Below, in pieces: positions 9,166-19,336 of a stretch of 64,000 bases of DNA; position 1 is the first letter of the stretch; the number at the start of each line of letters is the position of its first letter. The stretch is from Rhizomicrobium sp. GTDB lineage: Bacteria > Pseudomonadota > Alphaproteobacteria > Micropepsales > Micropepsaceae. The position numbers were made by a program, and so were the translations under genes. The stretch is from assembly GCA_036271455.1 (NCBI GenBank), contig DATBAP010000079.1:4164-68163 (forward strand), read 5' to 3'. Under the pieces are notes generated by a model that was not told where the DNA came from, made no database searches, and was given only the letters and a program-made list of their open reading frames with translations.

Positions 9166-10743
9166 CTAGCGGCGCATGAATTCGGGAGAAGACAAGAACA
9201 GAAGATTCTTGTCCGCCGGACTCTGGCCTTGATTCAGGGCGCCAGCGGTGGCGGGCGAGAGGTTGGGCGCGATCGCTTCGTAATAGTGCGTCTGCAGAAT
9301 CAGCGGCGGCGGTGCGGGTTCGGGGTTCGTATCCTGCGGCAGCTTGTAAAGACCGGAATGGCCCAGCCCAATCATGCGCGCGATCTCAAAGCGCGTTTCC
9401 ATCTGGCCGGGGCCCGACCAGGCCGCTTCCTCCATCGAATAGCCGTCTGGCGTTTCGTGGCCGTAAAGCGGCTCGCCCATGCGGTTCAGCCAGTTGAGCA
9501 AAGGTTGATCATTGATAATCACCTGCTGGCCGTAAGCGGCGCGCAACGCCGAGACCGCATAATGAATCGGATCCTTGAATTTCTGGCCCAGAGACGCCTT
9601 GAACTCAGGTGAAGCGAACAGAGTGCGCAGCACCGCGGCGATGCTGCCGTCGGTTTGCAGATAGGTGACCGCCATGGTGTTCACCAAAGAATCGGGTGGC
9701 GCGTCGCAGCAGAAATATTCCGCCAACTCGCGCGAGACGTAATGCGCCGTGGCCGGTTCGGCGGCAAGGATGGCGACCGCCTGATCGATCTCCGGCAGAC
9801 CCGTGCCCTTGATGGCGACGCCCAGGAAAATCTTGTCGCCGAAATCATGGCGATTGGGATTGAACAAAGTAAGGTCGGCGCCGAAATAGGGTCCACGCTG
9901 GGTCCTCTGCATCTTGGGCGGCTGGCCCGACATATTGACGCCCATGCCGGTCAGAACGCGCGCCAATTGCTGCACGTCATTCTGAGTGTAGCCCGAGCCG
10001 ACCCCCATGGTGTGAAGCTCCATGATCTCACGCGCATAATTCTCGTTGATATGCCCGACCGCGTTCTGGGAATTGTCCAGATATTGCAGCATCGCGGGGT
10101 GCATCAGGGTAGCCGCCAAGAGATCGCGGAATTTTCCCAGCACATGAGGCCTGATGGCGTGCTCTTCATAATCGCCCACCAGCACACGGATGTCATTCTT
10201 GTTCTGGCTCACATTGAAATGGTTCATCCAGAACCAGGTGAGCTGTTCCTTGAGCTGATTCTGGGAATAAAGATCGCGCAGCAGCGAGCGGGTCGCCGCC
10301 TCGCGGCCGAGGCTATTCAATTTTTGCTGATAGGCTTTTTGCGCGTCGTCGTAATCCGGCGTACCCTTCTTGGCCTGGGCCGCCTGACGTATCTCGCGAA
10401 TTTCGTCATTGAGCTGGACGATGTTCTTCTGGCTGATCTCCATCGCCGCGATCTGGGCCTGGGCGTCACCCGGCAGGCCGTCATCGGGCGTGGGATTGAG
10501 TTGCCGGTTCAGCCAGGTCTGCAAGCCTTCGCGCCCGAGAAGCTGGGCATCGGAGGTTTCCGCGCCCCAGCTCAGCCGGTTGAGGACCGCGATGTCGCCG
10601 GGCGCGGTGTCCAGCGCTGCCGAAGATTCGCTCACTGCATGAAACTGCGGCGGCGGAGGGGGGGCGGCCGGCGCGCGTGTCTCGGGCGCGCAAGCCGCGA
10701 GAAGCAGAACACTGAGCAGGCTTGCCGGACGAAAGATGCGCAT
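9166..10743 (-). CDS. DUF1800 family lipoprotein
   Basis: LLLAAC lipobox; FWMNHF, PAMLQYLDN, NENYAREIMELHTMG. Confidence 0.85.
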   Translation of the reverse strand: MRIFRPASLLSVLLLAACAPETRAPAAPPPPPQFHAVSESSAALDTAPGDIAVLNRLSWGAETSDAQLLGREGLQTWLNRQLNPTPDDGLPGDAQAQIAAMEISQKNIVQLNDEIREIRQAAQAKKGTPDYDDAQKAYQQKLNSLGREAATRSLLRDLYSQNQLKEQLTWFWMNHFNVSQNKNDIRVLVGDYEEHAIRPHVLGKFRDLLAATLMHPAMLQYLDNSQNAVGHINENYAREIMELHTMGVGSGYTQNDVQQLARVLTGMGVNMSGQPPKMQRTQRGPYFGADLTLFNPNRHDFGDKIFLGVAIKGTGLPEIDQAVAILAAEPATAHYVSRELAEYFCCDAPPDSLVNTMAVTYLQTDGSIAAVLRTLFASPEFKASLGQKFKDPIHYAVSALRAAYGQQVIINDQPLLNWLNRMGEPLYGHETPDGYSMEEAAWSGPGQMETRFEIARMIGLGHSGLYKLPQDTNPEPAPPPLILQTHYYEAIAPNLSPATAGALNQGQSPADKNLLFLSSPEFMRR

Positions 10744-10860
10744 GAAGCTTAAACGCGGGCCGAGGCCCACTCCGCCGCAGGTTGCGCGCCATTTTATCCA
10801 GCCAAGCTTACAAGCAGCTTATAAATCGCCGCCATGTTAATGGAACAAAAGTTCCCTAAT

Positions 10861-12144
10861 TCACACCGAATCGAACGCCTGGGCCAGATCGCTGATTAGA
10901 TCCTCTTCATTCTCGATCCCCACCGAGATGCGAATCAGCGCGTCAGTCAGACCGATCTCTTCGCGCAAATCGCGGGCGACGCCGGAATGGGTCATCGAAG
11001 CCGGATGCGAAATCAGGGTCTCCGTACCACCCAAACTCACCGCCAGATGGATGATGTGAAGATTGTCCAGCAGCCGGAAAGCCTCTGCCTCCCCGCCCTT
11101 GATATCGAAGGCGAAGGTCGAGCCCGGCGCGGTGCATTGCCGCTCGAACACTGGTTTGCGCGGATCATCGGCTTTCAAATCGCCCAGATAATGCACCCGC
11201 GCCACCTTGGGATGGCCGGCCAGGTAGCGGGCCACCGCGCGGCCATTCTCGTTCGAGCGGCGCACACGCACATCCAGCGTTTCCAGCGAACGCATCAGCA
11301 TCCAGCAGGAATTGGGGTCGAGTTGTGTACCCAGCGCGCCCCGCCAGCTTTTGATCAGACGAATACCTTCGGCCGAACCGCTGATCGAGCCGCCCACCAG
11401 ATCGCTGTGACCGCCCACATATTTGGTCAGCGACAAAAGTGTGAGGTCGGCGCCGTGCTTGAGCGGCGTCTGGAACAGGGGCCCCAGCATTGTGTTGTCC
11501 ACCACCACGGGCGGGCGGTATTTCTGTGTTTCCCCAAGTTCATCGGCGATTGCGGCGCAGATGGAAAGATCGACCAGGCCGTTCGTGGGATTGGCCGGCG
11601 TCTCCACCAGGATCATCGCCACTCGCCCCTTAGCTGCTGCCTCCTTGGCCGCGGCGCGCATCTGTGTCCCATCGATGCCGTTGGTGAAGCCGAACGCGCT
11701 GATGCCCATTGCGCCCATCTGATTCTTGAGCAGGGTTTCACTGCCGCCATAAAGGGGGCGGCTGTGCAGCACCGTATCTCCGGGGCGCAATAGCGCCAGA
11801 CAGGTCGTGGCGATCGCTGCCATGCCACTGGCGAAGACGACGGACCGCTCTGCCTGGTCCCAGATCGCCAGGCGGTCTTCCAATATCTCCATATTGGGAT
11901 GATTGAAGCGGGAATAGACCAGACCGGCGTTCTCGCCGGGCCGCAATTGGCGGCGGCCGGAGGTGAGATCGAAAAAATCCTTTCCTTGCTGCGCGTTTTC
12001 AAAGACATAGGTCGAGGTCTGGAAGATCGGCGGCTTCAGCGCGCCCTGCGACAAGGATGGCGCGTAGCCATAGCCCATCATCAGTGTCTCGGGATGAAGC
12101 GTGCGGTTGGCGATCCGGAGCCGGTGATAATCGCTGTCGGCCAT
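10861..12144 (-). CDS. PLP-dependent cystathionine gamma-synthase/methionine gamma-lyase family enzyme
   Basis: YSRFNHP, SGMAAI, ETPANP, VDNT, SLTKYVGGHSD (PLP lysine), SLGG. Confidence 0.88.
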   Translation of the reverse strand: MADSDYHRLRIANRTLHPETLMMGYGYAPSLSQGALKPPIFQTSTYVFENAQQGKDFFDLTSGRRQLRPGENAGLVYSRFNHPNMEILEDRLAIWDQAERSVVFASGMAAIATTCLALLRPGDTVLHSRPLYGGSETLLKNQMGAMGISAFGFTNGIDGTQMRAAAKEAAAKGRVAMILVETPANPTNGLVDLSICAAIADELGETQKYRPPVVVDNTMLGPLFQTPLKHGADLTLLSLTKYVGGHSDLVGGSISGSAEGIRLIKSWRGALGTQLDPNSCWMLMRSLETLDVRVRRSNENGRAVARYLAGHPKVARVHYLGDLKADDPRKPVFERQCTAPGSTFAFDIKGGEAEAFRLLDNLHIIHLAVSLGGTETLISHPASMTHSGVARDLREEIGLTDALIRISVGIENEEDLISDLAQAFDSV

Positions 12145-12225
12145 GAATTTCTCCCATTTTGCGGTATGCGGCCATTCGAGGTGGCGCAAGCTTGGCCGCA
12201 GTATGGGCGCTATTCGCGCGAGAGC

Positions 12226-12270
12226 AAAAAAATAAAGCGGCCCCGGCGTGTCCGTTGCCGAGGCCGCTTA
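12226..12270 (-). terminator. Intrinsic terminator after YncE-like gene
   Basis: Minus strand: AAGCGGCCTCGGC-loop-GCCGGGGCCGCTT then TATTTTTT. Confidence 0.7.
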
Positions 12271-12286
12271 TGCGCGATGCGCAGGG

Positions 12287-13327
12287 CTATTGGGCGGGAT
12301 CGAACATCAACAGCTTGAGGGTGCCGGGCAGGGGCTTGGGACGGCCCGGGCGGCCATTCTTCCCTGGCGGCACCGGCGCGTTGGGATCGATGTCCGCCGC
12401 GGCCACGAACAACCGGCCGGTACTCGGATCGATATCCATGGTCCTGCCCGTCACCTGGGTCTTGATCTCGCCGGCAGGAACGAAGGTCTGCGGATCCACT
12501 TCGCGGATCACGCTGATGGTGCCGTCCGCACCATTGGAGCTGAAGGCAAGTTTGCGCTTGGGGTCGAACGCCGCGCTGTCGGTACCCTGGTCGATGGGGA
12601 CGGTGGCGACGACGGCGCCATTGTCGGCATTGACGATGGTCATCATTTTGTTGACGCAGCTCACGAACAACCGGTGCGCCTGGGTATCGATCGCCAGGCC
12701 ATGCGGGCTGGTGCAATCGGGAATCGGCCAATGCGCATCCACCTTGTTGCTGGCGGTATCGATCCGGATCATCTCTTTCTTTTCCGATCCGTTGACATAG
12801 AGCTTGCCGTTGCCGCCGGACACCGCGGCTTCCAGCCCGCCGCCGGTTTGGATGGTATCGATCACCTGGTCGGTCTTGGGATCGATCACGCTGATGGATT
12901 TTGAATCGCCTTCGATCACGAAAACATGTCCGCTGGCGGGATCCAGTGCGATGCCATCCGCGTCGTCCTGCGCCTTGATGCGCTTTGTGACCTTGAAAGT
13001 CTTGAGGTCGAACACCACCACTTGGCCGGCTTCGCCGTCATCGGTATAGCCCTTGCCGTTTACCGCCACCGTGCCATGCGTGCCGCCGGGAATGCCCTCG
13101 ACTTGACCCAGCACCGCGCCGCTCTTCGCATCCACCACGGCCACCCGGTCGCCATGGGCGACGAAGACGCGGTTGCCGGTTTTGTCATAGATCACGTAAT
13201 CCCAGCGCTCGGGCGACCCCAGGGTGATGGATTTGGCAAGATGATAGCTGGGCGCTTGCGCGGCTGCTCCGGCCACGGAGAAGAGTAACAGCGATGCCGT
13301 GAGCAAGATCTGTCCGCCGCGTGCCAT
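12287..13327 (-). CDS. Secreted YncE/YVTN-type beta-propeller protein
   Basis: Signal peptide; repeated D-x-x-T/S..L/V-F-V blades (DKTGNRVFV, DPASGHVFV, DTQAHRLFV, DPSTGRLFV). Confidence 0.8.
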   Translation of the reverse strand: MARGGQILLTASLLLFSVAGAAAQAPSYHLAKSITLGSPERWDYVIYDKTGNRVFVAHGDRVAVVDAKSGAVLGQVEGIPGGTHGTVAVNGKGYTDDGEAGQVVVFDLKTFKVTKRIKAQDDADGIALDPASGHVFVIEGDSKSISVIDPKTDQVIDTIQTGGGLEAAVSGGNGKLYVNGSEKKEMIRIDTASNKVDAHWPIPDCTSPHGLAIDTQAHRLFVSCVNKMMTIVNADNGAVVATVPIDQGTDSAAFDPKRKLAFSSNGADGTISVIREVDPQTFVPAGEIKTQVTGRTMDIDPSTGRLFVAAADIDPNAPVPPGKNGRPGRPKPLPGTLKLLMFDPAQ

Positions 13328-13579
13328 GAGTTCCCCTTGGGCTTGATCGTTTCAGCATCCATTGAAAGGGGATGTGGAACTTTGGCAACGCACTTCCCGT
13401 AGAATTGGTGATTTGTATATCGGGCCATCGGCGCGCTGCCCGCGATGGTTAATCCTCCGTCAGCCATGATCGGGTTTTGGACGGCAAGATGCGGAACACG
13501 GCGCCTTGCGACGCTTTGGTGACCGCGGTTCCGATCGGGCACTTATGTCTTTGATTTGTCGGATAATGTCGGCTTTTCC

Positions 13580-13595
13580 TTAAGCCAGCCTTTAC
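13580..13595. promoter_or_regulatory. CtrA-like box upstream of tadG-like gene
   Basis: TTAA-GCCAGCC-TTTAC (consensus TTAA-N7-TTAAC, 1 mismatch); extra TTAACC half-site at 13625-13630. Confidence 0.5.
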
Positions 13596-13640
13596 ACGCG
13601 ATTGCCTAGCGTGGCGAACCGATTTTAACCGGGTTGCTCC

Positions 13641-15119
13641 ATGCGGTCGCTCTGGAATCTCTTTCTTCGCAGCCGTGACGGCAGTGTGGCGATCATCGCC
13701 GCGCTCGCCATCATTCCCATGACTCTGCTGATCGGCGCGGGCGTCGATTACGGCATGGCGGCCGACCGCCAAGCCCAACTCGAAGGCTATGCCGATGCCG
13801 CCGCGCTGTCCGCGGTGACGCCCACCATGATGACCGAGAACAATTCTCAGGCTCAAGCCGCGGCGCAGAATTCCTTCAATGCCCAGGCCAGCACGCTCAC
13901 CCAGGTCACCTACACCACATCCGATGTCACGGCGACCGTCACGACCACGGCCGGCAATGTGCGCACCGCCACGGTCAGCTACAATGTCCCCTACAATACA
14001 TTCTTTGCCTCGATCCTGGGGATGAGCACCATCACCTTGAAGGGCGGTTCCACCGCCACCGGTGGGCTTCCGCCCAACATCGATTTCTATCTGCTGCTGG
14101 ATGACTCGCCCTCGATGGCGATTGCCGCAACCACCGCCGGCATCACCACCATGATCAACAATACGCAAGGCCAGTGCGACAGTGCGCCCTATGGTGGATC
14201 GAGTTGTGGCTGCGCTTTCGGCTGCCATGAGTCAACTCAGGCATCGGGGTCCACCAGCACGTATGAGAGTCATTATATCAAAGGCACCAATACCGCGCAG
14301 AAAGGTCTGGGGAACGCTGGCGGCGTGGACAACTACGCGCTCGCGCGTTCTCTGAATGTCACCCTGCGCATCGATCTGCTCAATCAGGCGGCGCAGAATC
14401 TGATGGGTACGGCGCTGGCCACCGAGAAAGGCAACAACGCGGCTTACCGCGCGGCGATATACACTTTCGACTATCAGGTTGGCACCTTGCAGGCACTCAC
14501 GTCCAATCTGAGCACTGCGGAAACCTCCGCGGCCAATCTGGCCATACTGCCAGTCTATGCCAACAACTACCTGACCTCGACCAACGACAATAACGACACC
14601 GATACGGATTTCGATACGGCGATGAGCGGCATCAATACCACCATGCCCAATCCCGGCAGTGGCACCAACAACAAGGGCGACACGCCGCAGGAGATCTTGT
14701 TCATCGTCACGGACGGCGTGGATGATACCGCGCTCAGCAAGAGCGTCAGTCCCGCCACAGCCTATGGCAATCTCAGCAGCGGCCCCCCCTTCCGGCTGCA
14801 ATCCACCGTCAACCCCCAAAATAGCTCCGGCAAGGAAGTGATGCCGCCGAAGCAGTCACCGGCGCAGACGCAGGATTACTGCACCATCATCAAGAACCGG
14901 GGCATTCGCATTGCCATTCTGTACACGGAATATCTCCCGATCCCCAACAATGGCTGGTACAACAGCCATGTCTCGCCGTTCCAGAGCAATGTCGGCCCGC
15001 AGCTTCAGGCCTGCGCTTCGCCCAATCTCTACACCGTGGTGACCACCGATGGCGACATCTCGGCGGCGCTGCAGCAATTGTTCAACGCCGCCGTAGAATC
15101 CGCCTATTTGGTGAAATAG
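13641..15119 (+). CDS. TadG-like pilus-associated protein with vWA domain
   Basis: RDGSVAII pseudopilin-type N-terminus, ADAAALSA, DFYLLLDDSPSM (MIDAS DxSxS), IVTDG. Confidence 0.82.
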   Translation: MRSLWNLFLRSRDGSVAIIAALAIIPMTLLIGAGVDYGMAADRQAQLEGYADAAALSAVTPTMMTENNSQAQAAAQNSFNAQASTLTQVTYTTSDVTATVTTTAGNVRTATVSYNVPYNTFFASILGMSTITLKGGSTATGGLPPNIDFYLLLDDSPSMAIAATTAGITTMINNTQGQCDSAPYGGSSCGCAFGCHESTQASGSTSTYESHYIKGTNTAQKGLGNAGGVDNYALARSLNVTLRIDLLNQAAQNLMGTALATEKGNNAAYRAAIYTFDYQVGTLQALTSNLSTAETSAANLAILPVYANNYLTSTNDNNDTDTDFDTAMSGINTTMPNPGSGTNNKGDTPQEILFIVTDGVDDTALSKSVSPATAYGNLSSGPPFRLQSTVNPQNSSGKEVMPPKQSPAQTQDYCTIIKNRGIRIAILYTEYLPIPNNGWYNSHVSPFQSNVGPQLQACASPNLYTVVTTDGDISAALQQLFNAAVESAYLVK

Positions 15120-15123
15120 CGGG

Positions 15124-15663
15124 ATGCGCACGCGGGCCCAGGCCAATTCCCTGTTCATCCGCCTCCGGCGCTTCATCGCGTGCACGGGCGCCGCCACGGC
15201 CGTGGAGTTCGCCCTGGTGGCCGCGCCGTTTTGTGCGCTCTTGATCGCGATCCTGCAGACCGCCTTGGTCTTCCTGGCGCAACAGGTATTGCAGACCGCC
15301 ACCACCGAGGCGGCGCGATTGGTGATGACCGGACAGGCCCAGACCCAGAATCTCACCCCGACCCAATTCCAGCAGGATGTCTGCGGCTTTGCTTCGGCGC
15401 TTTTCACCTGCTCGAGCCTTTATGTGAATGTCCAGACCTTCACGTCCTTTTCCGGCATGACGCAAATGAGCCCGCTGCAAAGCGGGGCGTTCAACAGCAG
15501 TCTGATGAACTTCAACACGGGTGGCCCCGGCGACGTCATCCTGCTCCAGGTCTTCTATCAATGGCCGATCGTGCTGGGGCCGCTGGGTTTCAATCTCTCG
15601 AACATGAGCGGCAACAACCGGCTTCTGGTCGGAACCGCGGTGTTCCGCAATGAGCCTTATTGA
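15124..15663 (+). CDS. TadE-like pseudopilin
   Basis: GAATAVEFALVAAPF, ARLVMTGQ, C-terminal FRNEPY. Confidence 0.85.
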   Translation: MRTRAQANSLFIRLRRFIACTGAATAVEFALVAAPFCALLIAILQTALVFLAQQVLQTATTEAARLVMTGQAQTQNLTPTQFQQDVCGFASALFTCSSLYVNVQTFTSFSGMTQMSPLQSGAFNSSLMNFNTGGPGDVILLQVFYQWPIVLGPLGFNLSNMSGNNRLLVGTAVFRNEPY

Positions 15664-15666
15664 GCC

Positions 15667-16206
15667 ATGGGCGCTCTGAAGCATTTCGTGAGACTGATCC
15701 GGGACAGGCGGGGCCTGGCAGCGGTGGAATTCGCGCTCACGTTGCCGTTCCTGCTCTTGATCTATTTCGGCGGCGTGGAGCTTACCCAGGGCGTCACGCT
15801 CAACCGGCAGGTGGCGCTCACCTCCACCACTCTCGCCACCATCGTCTCGCAATACACCACGATCAGCGCCAGCACCCAGCTGGCGGACATCCTCTCGGCC
15901 TCGACCCAGATTCTTGCACCCTATGGTTCGGGCACGCCCAAAGTGGTGGTTTCGCTGATCACCATTGACGCCAATGGCAACGCGACCGTGGGTTGGAGCC
16001 AGACCCTCAACGGCACAGCGCGTGTTGTCGGCGCGCCCGTCACGGTGCCCGCCAATCTGGATATCGCCAATACCACCCTGATCTGGAGCGAAACGAATTA
16101 CGCCTATGTGCCGGTGTTCGATTTCATGGGCGTGGGGCCGTTCAATCTCTATGCCTCGATCTATATGGTGCCGCGCGAATCGACCACCATCAATCTGACG
16201 GCGTGA
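15667..16206 (+). CDS. TadE/TadG-like pseudopilin
   Basis: DRRGLAAVEFALTLP prepilin-like motif. Confidence 0.82.
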   Translation: MGALKHFVRLIRDRRGLAAVEFALTLPFLLLIYFGGVELTQGVTLNRQVALTSTTLATIVSQYTTISASTQLADILSASTQILAPYGSGTPKVVVSLITIDANGNATVGWSQTLNGTARVVGAPVTVPANLDIANTTLIWSETNYAYVPVFDFMGVGPFNLYASIYMVPRESTTINLTA

Positions 16207-16210
16207 TGCC

Positions 16211-19200
16211 TCATTCGGCCGGCGCCAGCGCTTTCTCCGAACCTCTGGCGTGCCAGTCCCGCAAGCGGTCCAGATAGATGTAAACCACCGGTGTGGTGAA
16301 AAGCGTGAGCAGCTGCGACACCGCAAGCCCACCCACGATGGCGTAGCCCAAAGGCTGGCGGAATTCCGCGCCGGTGCCGTTCATCAGGATCATGGGGATG
16401 CCGCCCAGCGCGGCACAGGCGGTGGTCATCAGGATGGGACGCAGCCGCCGGTGCGAAGCCTCCCGCACCGCGTCCATCGCGTTCATGCCCTTTTCCCGCT
16501 CCAGCTTGAGCGCCACATCCACGATCATAATGCCATTCTTCTTGACGATGCCGATCAGCAGGATGATAGCGATGATCCCGATCACGTTGAGGTCCTGCCC
16601 CGCCAGCTTCAGCGCCAGCAGTGCGCCCACGCCGGCCGAAGGCAGGGTGGACAGAATCGTGAGCGGGTGGATGAAGCTTTCATAAAGCACACCCAGGATC
16701 ACATAGACCGCGATCAGGGCGGCGCCGATCAAGACCGGTTCGTCGGACAATGATTCCTGAAAGGCTTGCGCGGTGCCTTGGAAAGCACCTGTCAGGGTCG
16801 GCGGCGCGTCCAGCTTCGTTCGCGCGTCTTCCACCGCCTTGGTCGCTTCGCTCAGCGCCACGCCGGGCGTCAGATTGAAGGACAGGGTCACGGCGGGGAA
16901 TTCGCCCTGGTGATTGACCGTCAGCATGCTGGTGCCATTGGAGTCCACCTTCACGAACAGCGACAGCGGCACGGTCTTTCCCGTGGTGGGCGACAGAATA
17001 TAGAGCGAGTTGAAGATATCGGGCGTGGCGTAAAGACCCGGCGGCGCCTCGATCACGATATGATAGGAATTCTGCTGAGTGAAATATTGAGCGACCTCAT
17101 CCTGGCCGATCAACTCATAGACAGCGGCGTCGATCGTGGCCGGGGATATACCGAAGCGCATTGCCTGGGCGCGGTCGATGGTGAGATTGACCGCGCCACC
17201 CTGGGATTGCTGGTCTGAACTCGCATCCTTGAGCTGGGGCAGCGCCTGCATCGCGGCAAGCAATTTGGGCGCCCAGCTGTTAAGTTCGTCCAAATTGGAA
17301 TCCGACAGCGTGTATTGATATTGCGCCTGCCCGGCGCGGCCGCCCACATTGATGTCCTGTGACGCCTGAAGAAAAGTCTGCACGCCCACCAATTGCGCCA
17401 GCTTGGGCCGCAGCCGCGCGATGATCTGATCGGCCGAGGCGTCCCGCCCTGCGTCTTTCGGTTTCAGAGCGATAAACATATTGGCCTGGTTGGCGCTGGA
17501 GCCGCCGACGAAAATGCCGACGCCTGCTATGCCGGGATCCTGGCCCAATATCTGGGCGACCTGCTGCACTTTCTCTTTGGTCTTGGGGAAGGAGGCGTCC
17601 TGCGAGGTGATCACCACGCCGCTGAGAAAGCCGGTGTCCTGCTGGGGGAAGAAGCCGGTCGACGAGGTGGCATAAAGGATCACCGCCGCCGCCACCGTGG
17701 CGATGAACACCAGCAAGGTGATGAATTGATGGCGCAGCACGATGTCCAGCCCGCGCGCATAGCTTTTTTCCAGCCGATGAAAGCCATTGTCCAGCGCCTT
17801 GGTAAAGCGATTCGACGGCGGCTTGGGTTTCTTGAGGAATTGCGCGCACATCATCGGCGTCACGGTCAGTGTGAGCACCAGCGACACCAGCACCGCGGCG
17901 CTGAGGGTGATGGCGAATTCCCGCATCAAAAGCCCCACCACGCCGCCCATGAACATCAGAGGCGTGAAGACCGCGATCAGCGAGATCGAGATCGACAGCA
18001 CCGTGAAGCTGATTTCACTTGAGCCGGCCAATGCCGCATCGAACGGCTTTTCGCCCCGTTCGATATGCTGCCAGATCACTTCCACCATCACGATGGCGTC
18101 GTCGACCACAAAACCCACCGCGATGGTGAGCGCCATCAGGGAGAGATTATCCAGACTGAAATGCAGCGCGAACATAACGGCGGCGGCGCCCAGCAGCGCC
18201 AGCGGAATCACGGCGCTGGGGATCAGAGTGGCGCGGATGTCGAGCAGGAACAGGAAGATCACCAGCACGACCAGGGCGACCGTGATCAGCAACGTGACTT
18301 TCACATCCGCCACCGAGGCGCTGATGGTCTGGGTCCGGTCCATCAGAATATTGATGTCAATGCCGGGTGGGATATTGGCCTGCAGACCCGGCAGGGCGGC
18401 GCGGATCTTGTTCACCGTGTCGATCACATTGGCGCCGGGCGCCTTGAAGATCACCAGCAGAATCCCCTGTCCGCCCTTCATGGTGGGGTCGCTGTTGCCC
18501 TTGCCGGGATAGATCCAGGCCCCGATCTGGTCGTTCTCGACACTGGCAAAGGCCTTGCCGATGTCCTTGATGCGCACCGGGGCGCCATTCTGATAGCCCA
18601 CCACCAGATCGTTCCATGGCCCGGCGTCCAGAATCTGGTCATTGGCATAGACCGTAAGGTTGCGTTGCGGTCCCACAATGGTGCCCTTGGGCGCATTGAC
18701 GGTGGCGGCGACAATCGCCTGGCGCATGGCATCGATCTGAAGCCCACGCGCGGCGATCTTGCGGGGATCTATTTGGATGCGCACCGCGGGTTTCTGCTGC
18801 CCGCCGATATTGACCAGACCCACACCATCGATGCGCGAAACCTGTTGGGACAAGATCACGTCGGCGTAATTGTCCACCTGGTCGAGCGGCAATGTGTCCG
18901 AGCGCAGCGATAAAATCATGATCGGCGCGTCCGACGGATTGACCTTGCGGATGCTGGGCTGGGCCGGAAGATTGGTCGGCAGCTGCGCGCTGGCGGCATT
19001 GATCGCCGCCTGGACCTGCTCGAAATCGTCAGTGAGATTTTCTGTCAATTCGAATTGCAGAGTGATGCTGGTCGAACCCAGCGCATTCACCGACGTCATC
19101 TGGGCGATGCCGGGGATCAACGACAATTGGCGTTCCAAAGGCGTGGCGACATTGGAGGCCATGGTCTCGGGATTGGCGCCGGGAAGTTGGGCGCTGATCT

Positions 19201-19336
19201 GCAGGGTGGGAAAATCCACGTTGGGAAGCGACGCCACCGGCAACAGCAAATAACCGACGATGCCCACGAGCAGAAGACCTACCGCCAGCAAGGTGGTGGC
19301 GACGGGACGGTGGATGAAGGGACTGGCGAGGTTCAC
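16211..19336 (-). CDS. RND efflux permease, MdtB/MdtC-like
   Basis: FIHRPVAT, LPGANPE, GFVVDDAIVM, GIVKKNGIM, RLRPILMTT; 1041 aa. Confidence 0.92.
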   Translation of the reverse strand: MNLASPFIHRPVATTLLAVGLLLVGIVGYLLLPVASLPNVDFPTLQISAQLPGANPETMASNVATPLERQLSLIPGIAQMTSVNALGSTSITLQFELTENLTDDFEQVQAAINAASAQLPTNLPAQPSIRKVNPSDAPIMILSLRSDTLPLDQVDNYADVILSQQVSRIDGVGLVNIGGQQKPAVRIQIDPRKIAARGLQIDAMRQAIVAATVNAPKGTIVGPQRNLTVYANDQILDAGPWNDLVVGYQNGAPVRIKDIGKAFASVENDQIGAWIYPGKGNSDPTMKGGQGILLVIFKAPGANVIDTVNKIRAALPGLQANIPPGIDINILMDRTQTISASVADVKVTLLITVALVVLVIFLFLLDIRATLIPSAVIPLALLGAAAVMFALHFSLDNLSLMALTIAVGFVVDDAIVMVEVIWQHIERGEKPFDAALAGSSEISFTVLSISISLIAVFTPLMFMGGVVGLLMREFAITLSAAVLVSLVLTLTVTPMMCAQFLKKPKPPSNRFTKALDNGFHRLEKSYARGLDIVLRHQFITLLVFIATVAAAVILYATSSTGFFPQQDTGFLSGVVITSQDASFPKTKEKVQQVAQILGQDPGIAGVGIFVGGSSANQANMFIALKPKDAGRDASADQIIARLRPKLAQLVGVQTFLQASQDINVGGRAGQAQYQYTLSDSNLDELNSWAPKLLAAMQALPQLKDASSDQQSQGGAVNLTIDRAQAMRFGISPATIDAAVYELIGQDEVAQYFTQQNSYHIVIEAPPGLYATPDIFNSLYILSPTTGKTVPLSLFVKVDSNGTSMLTVNHQGEFPAVTLSFNLTPGVALSEATKAVEDARTKLDAPPTLTGAFQGTAQAFQESLSDEPVLIGAALIAVYVILGVLYESFIHPLTILSTLPSAGVGALLALKLAGQDLNVIGIIAIILLIGIVKKNGIMIVDVALKLEREKGMNAMDAVREASHRRLRPILMTTACAALGGIPMILMNGTGAEFRQPLGYAIVGGLAVSQLLTLFTTPVVYIYLDRLRDWHARGSEKALAPAE

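Noticed and set aside
10842-10855. GGAAC-AAAA-GTTCC palindrome upstream of DUF1800
   Set aside because: Matches the Gram-positive LexA geometry, which is not expected in this lineage; short, single copy, no other support.
12145-12225. SAM riboswitch upstream of the PLP lyase
   Set aside because: No SAM-alpha/SAM-II motif visible; the interval is short and bounded by the upstream terminator.
13376-13401. GGAAC-N17-CGTA as an EcfG promoter for tadG
   Set aside because: Mismatch in the -10 element and 240 bp from the start codon; too weak.
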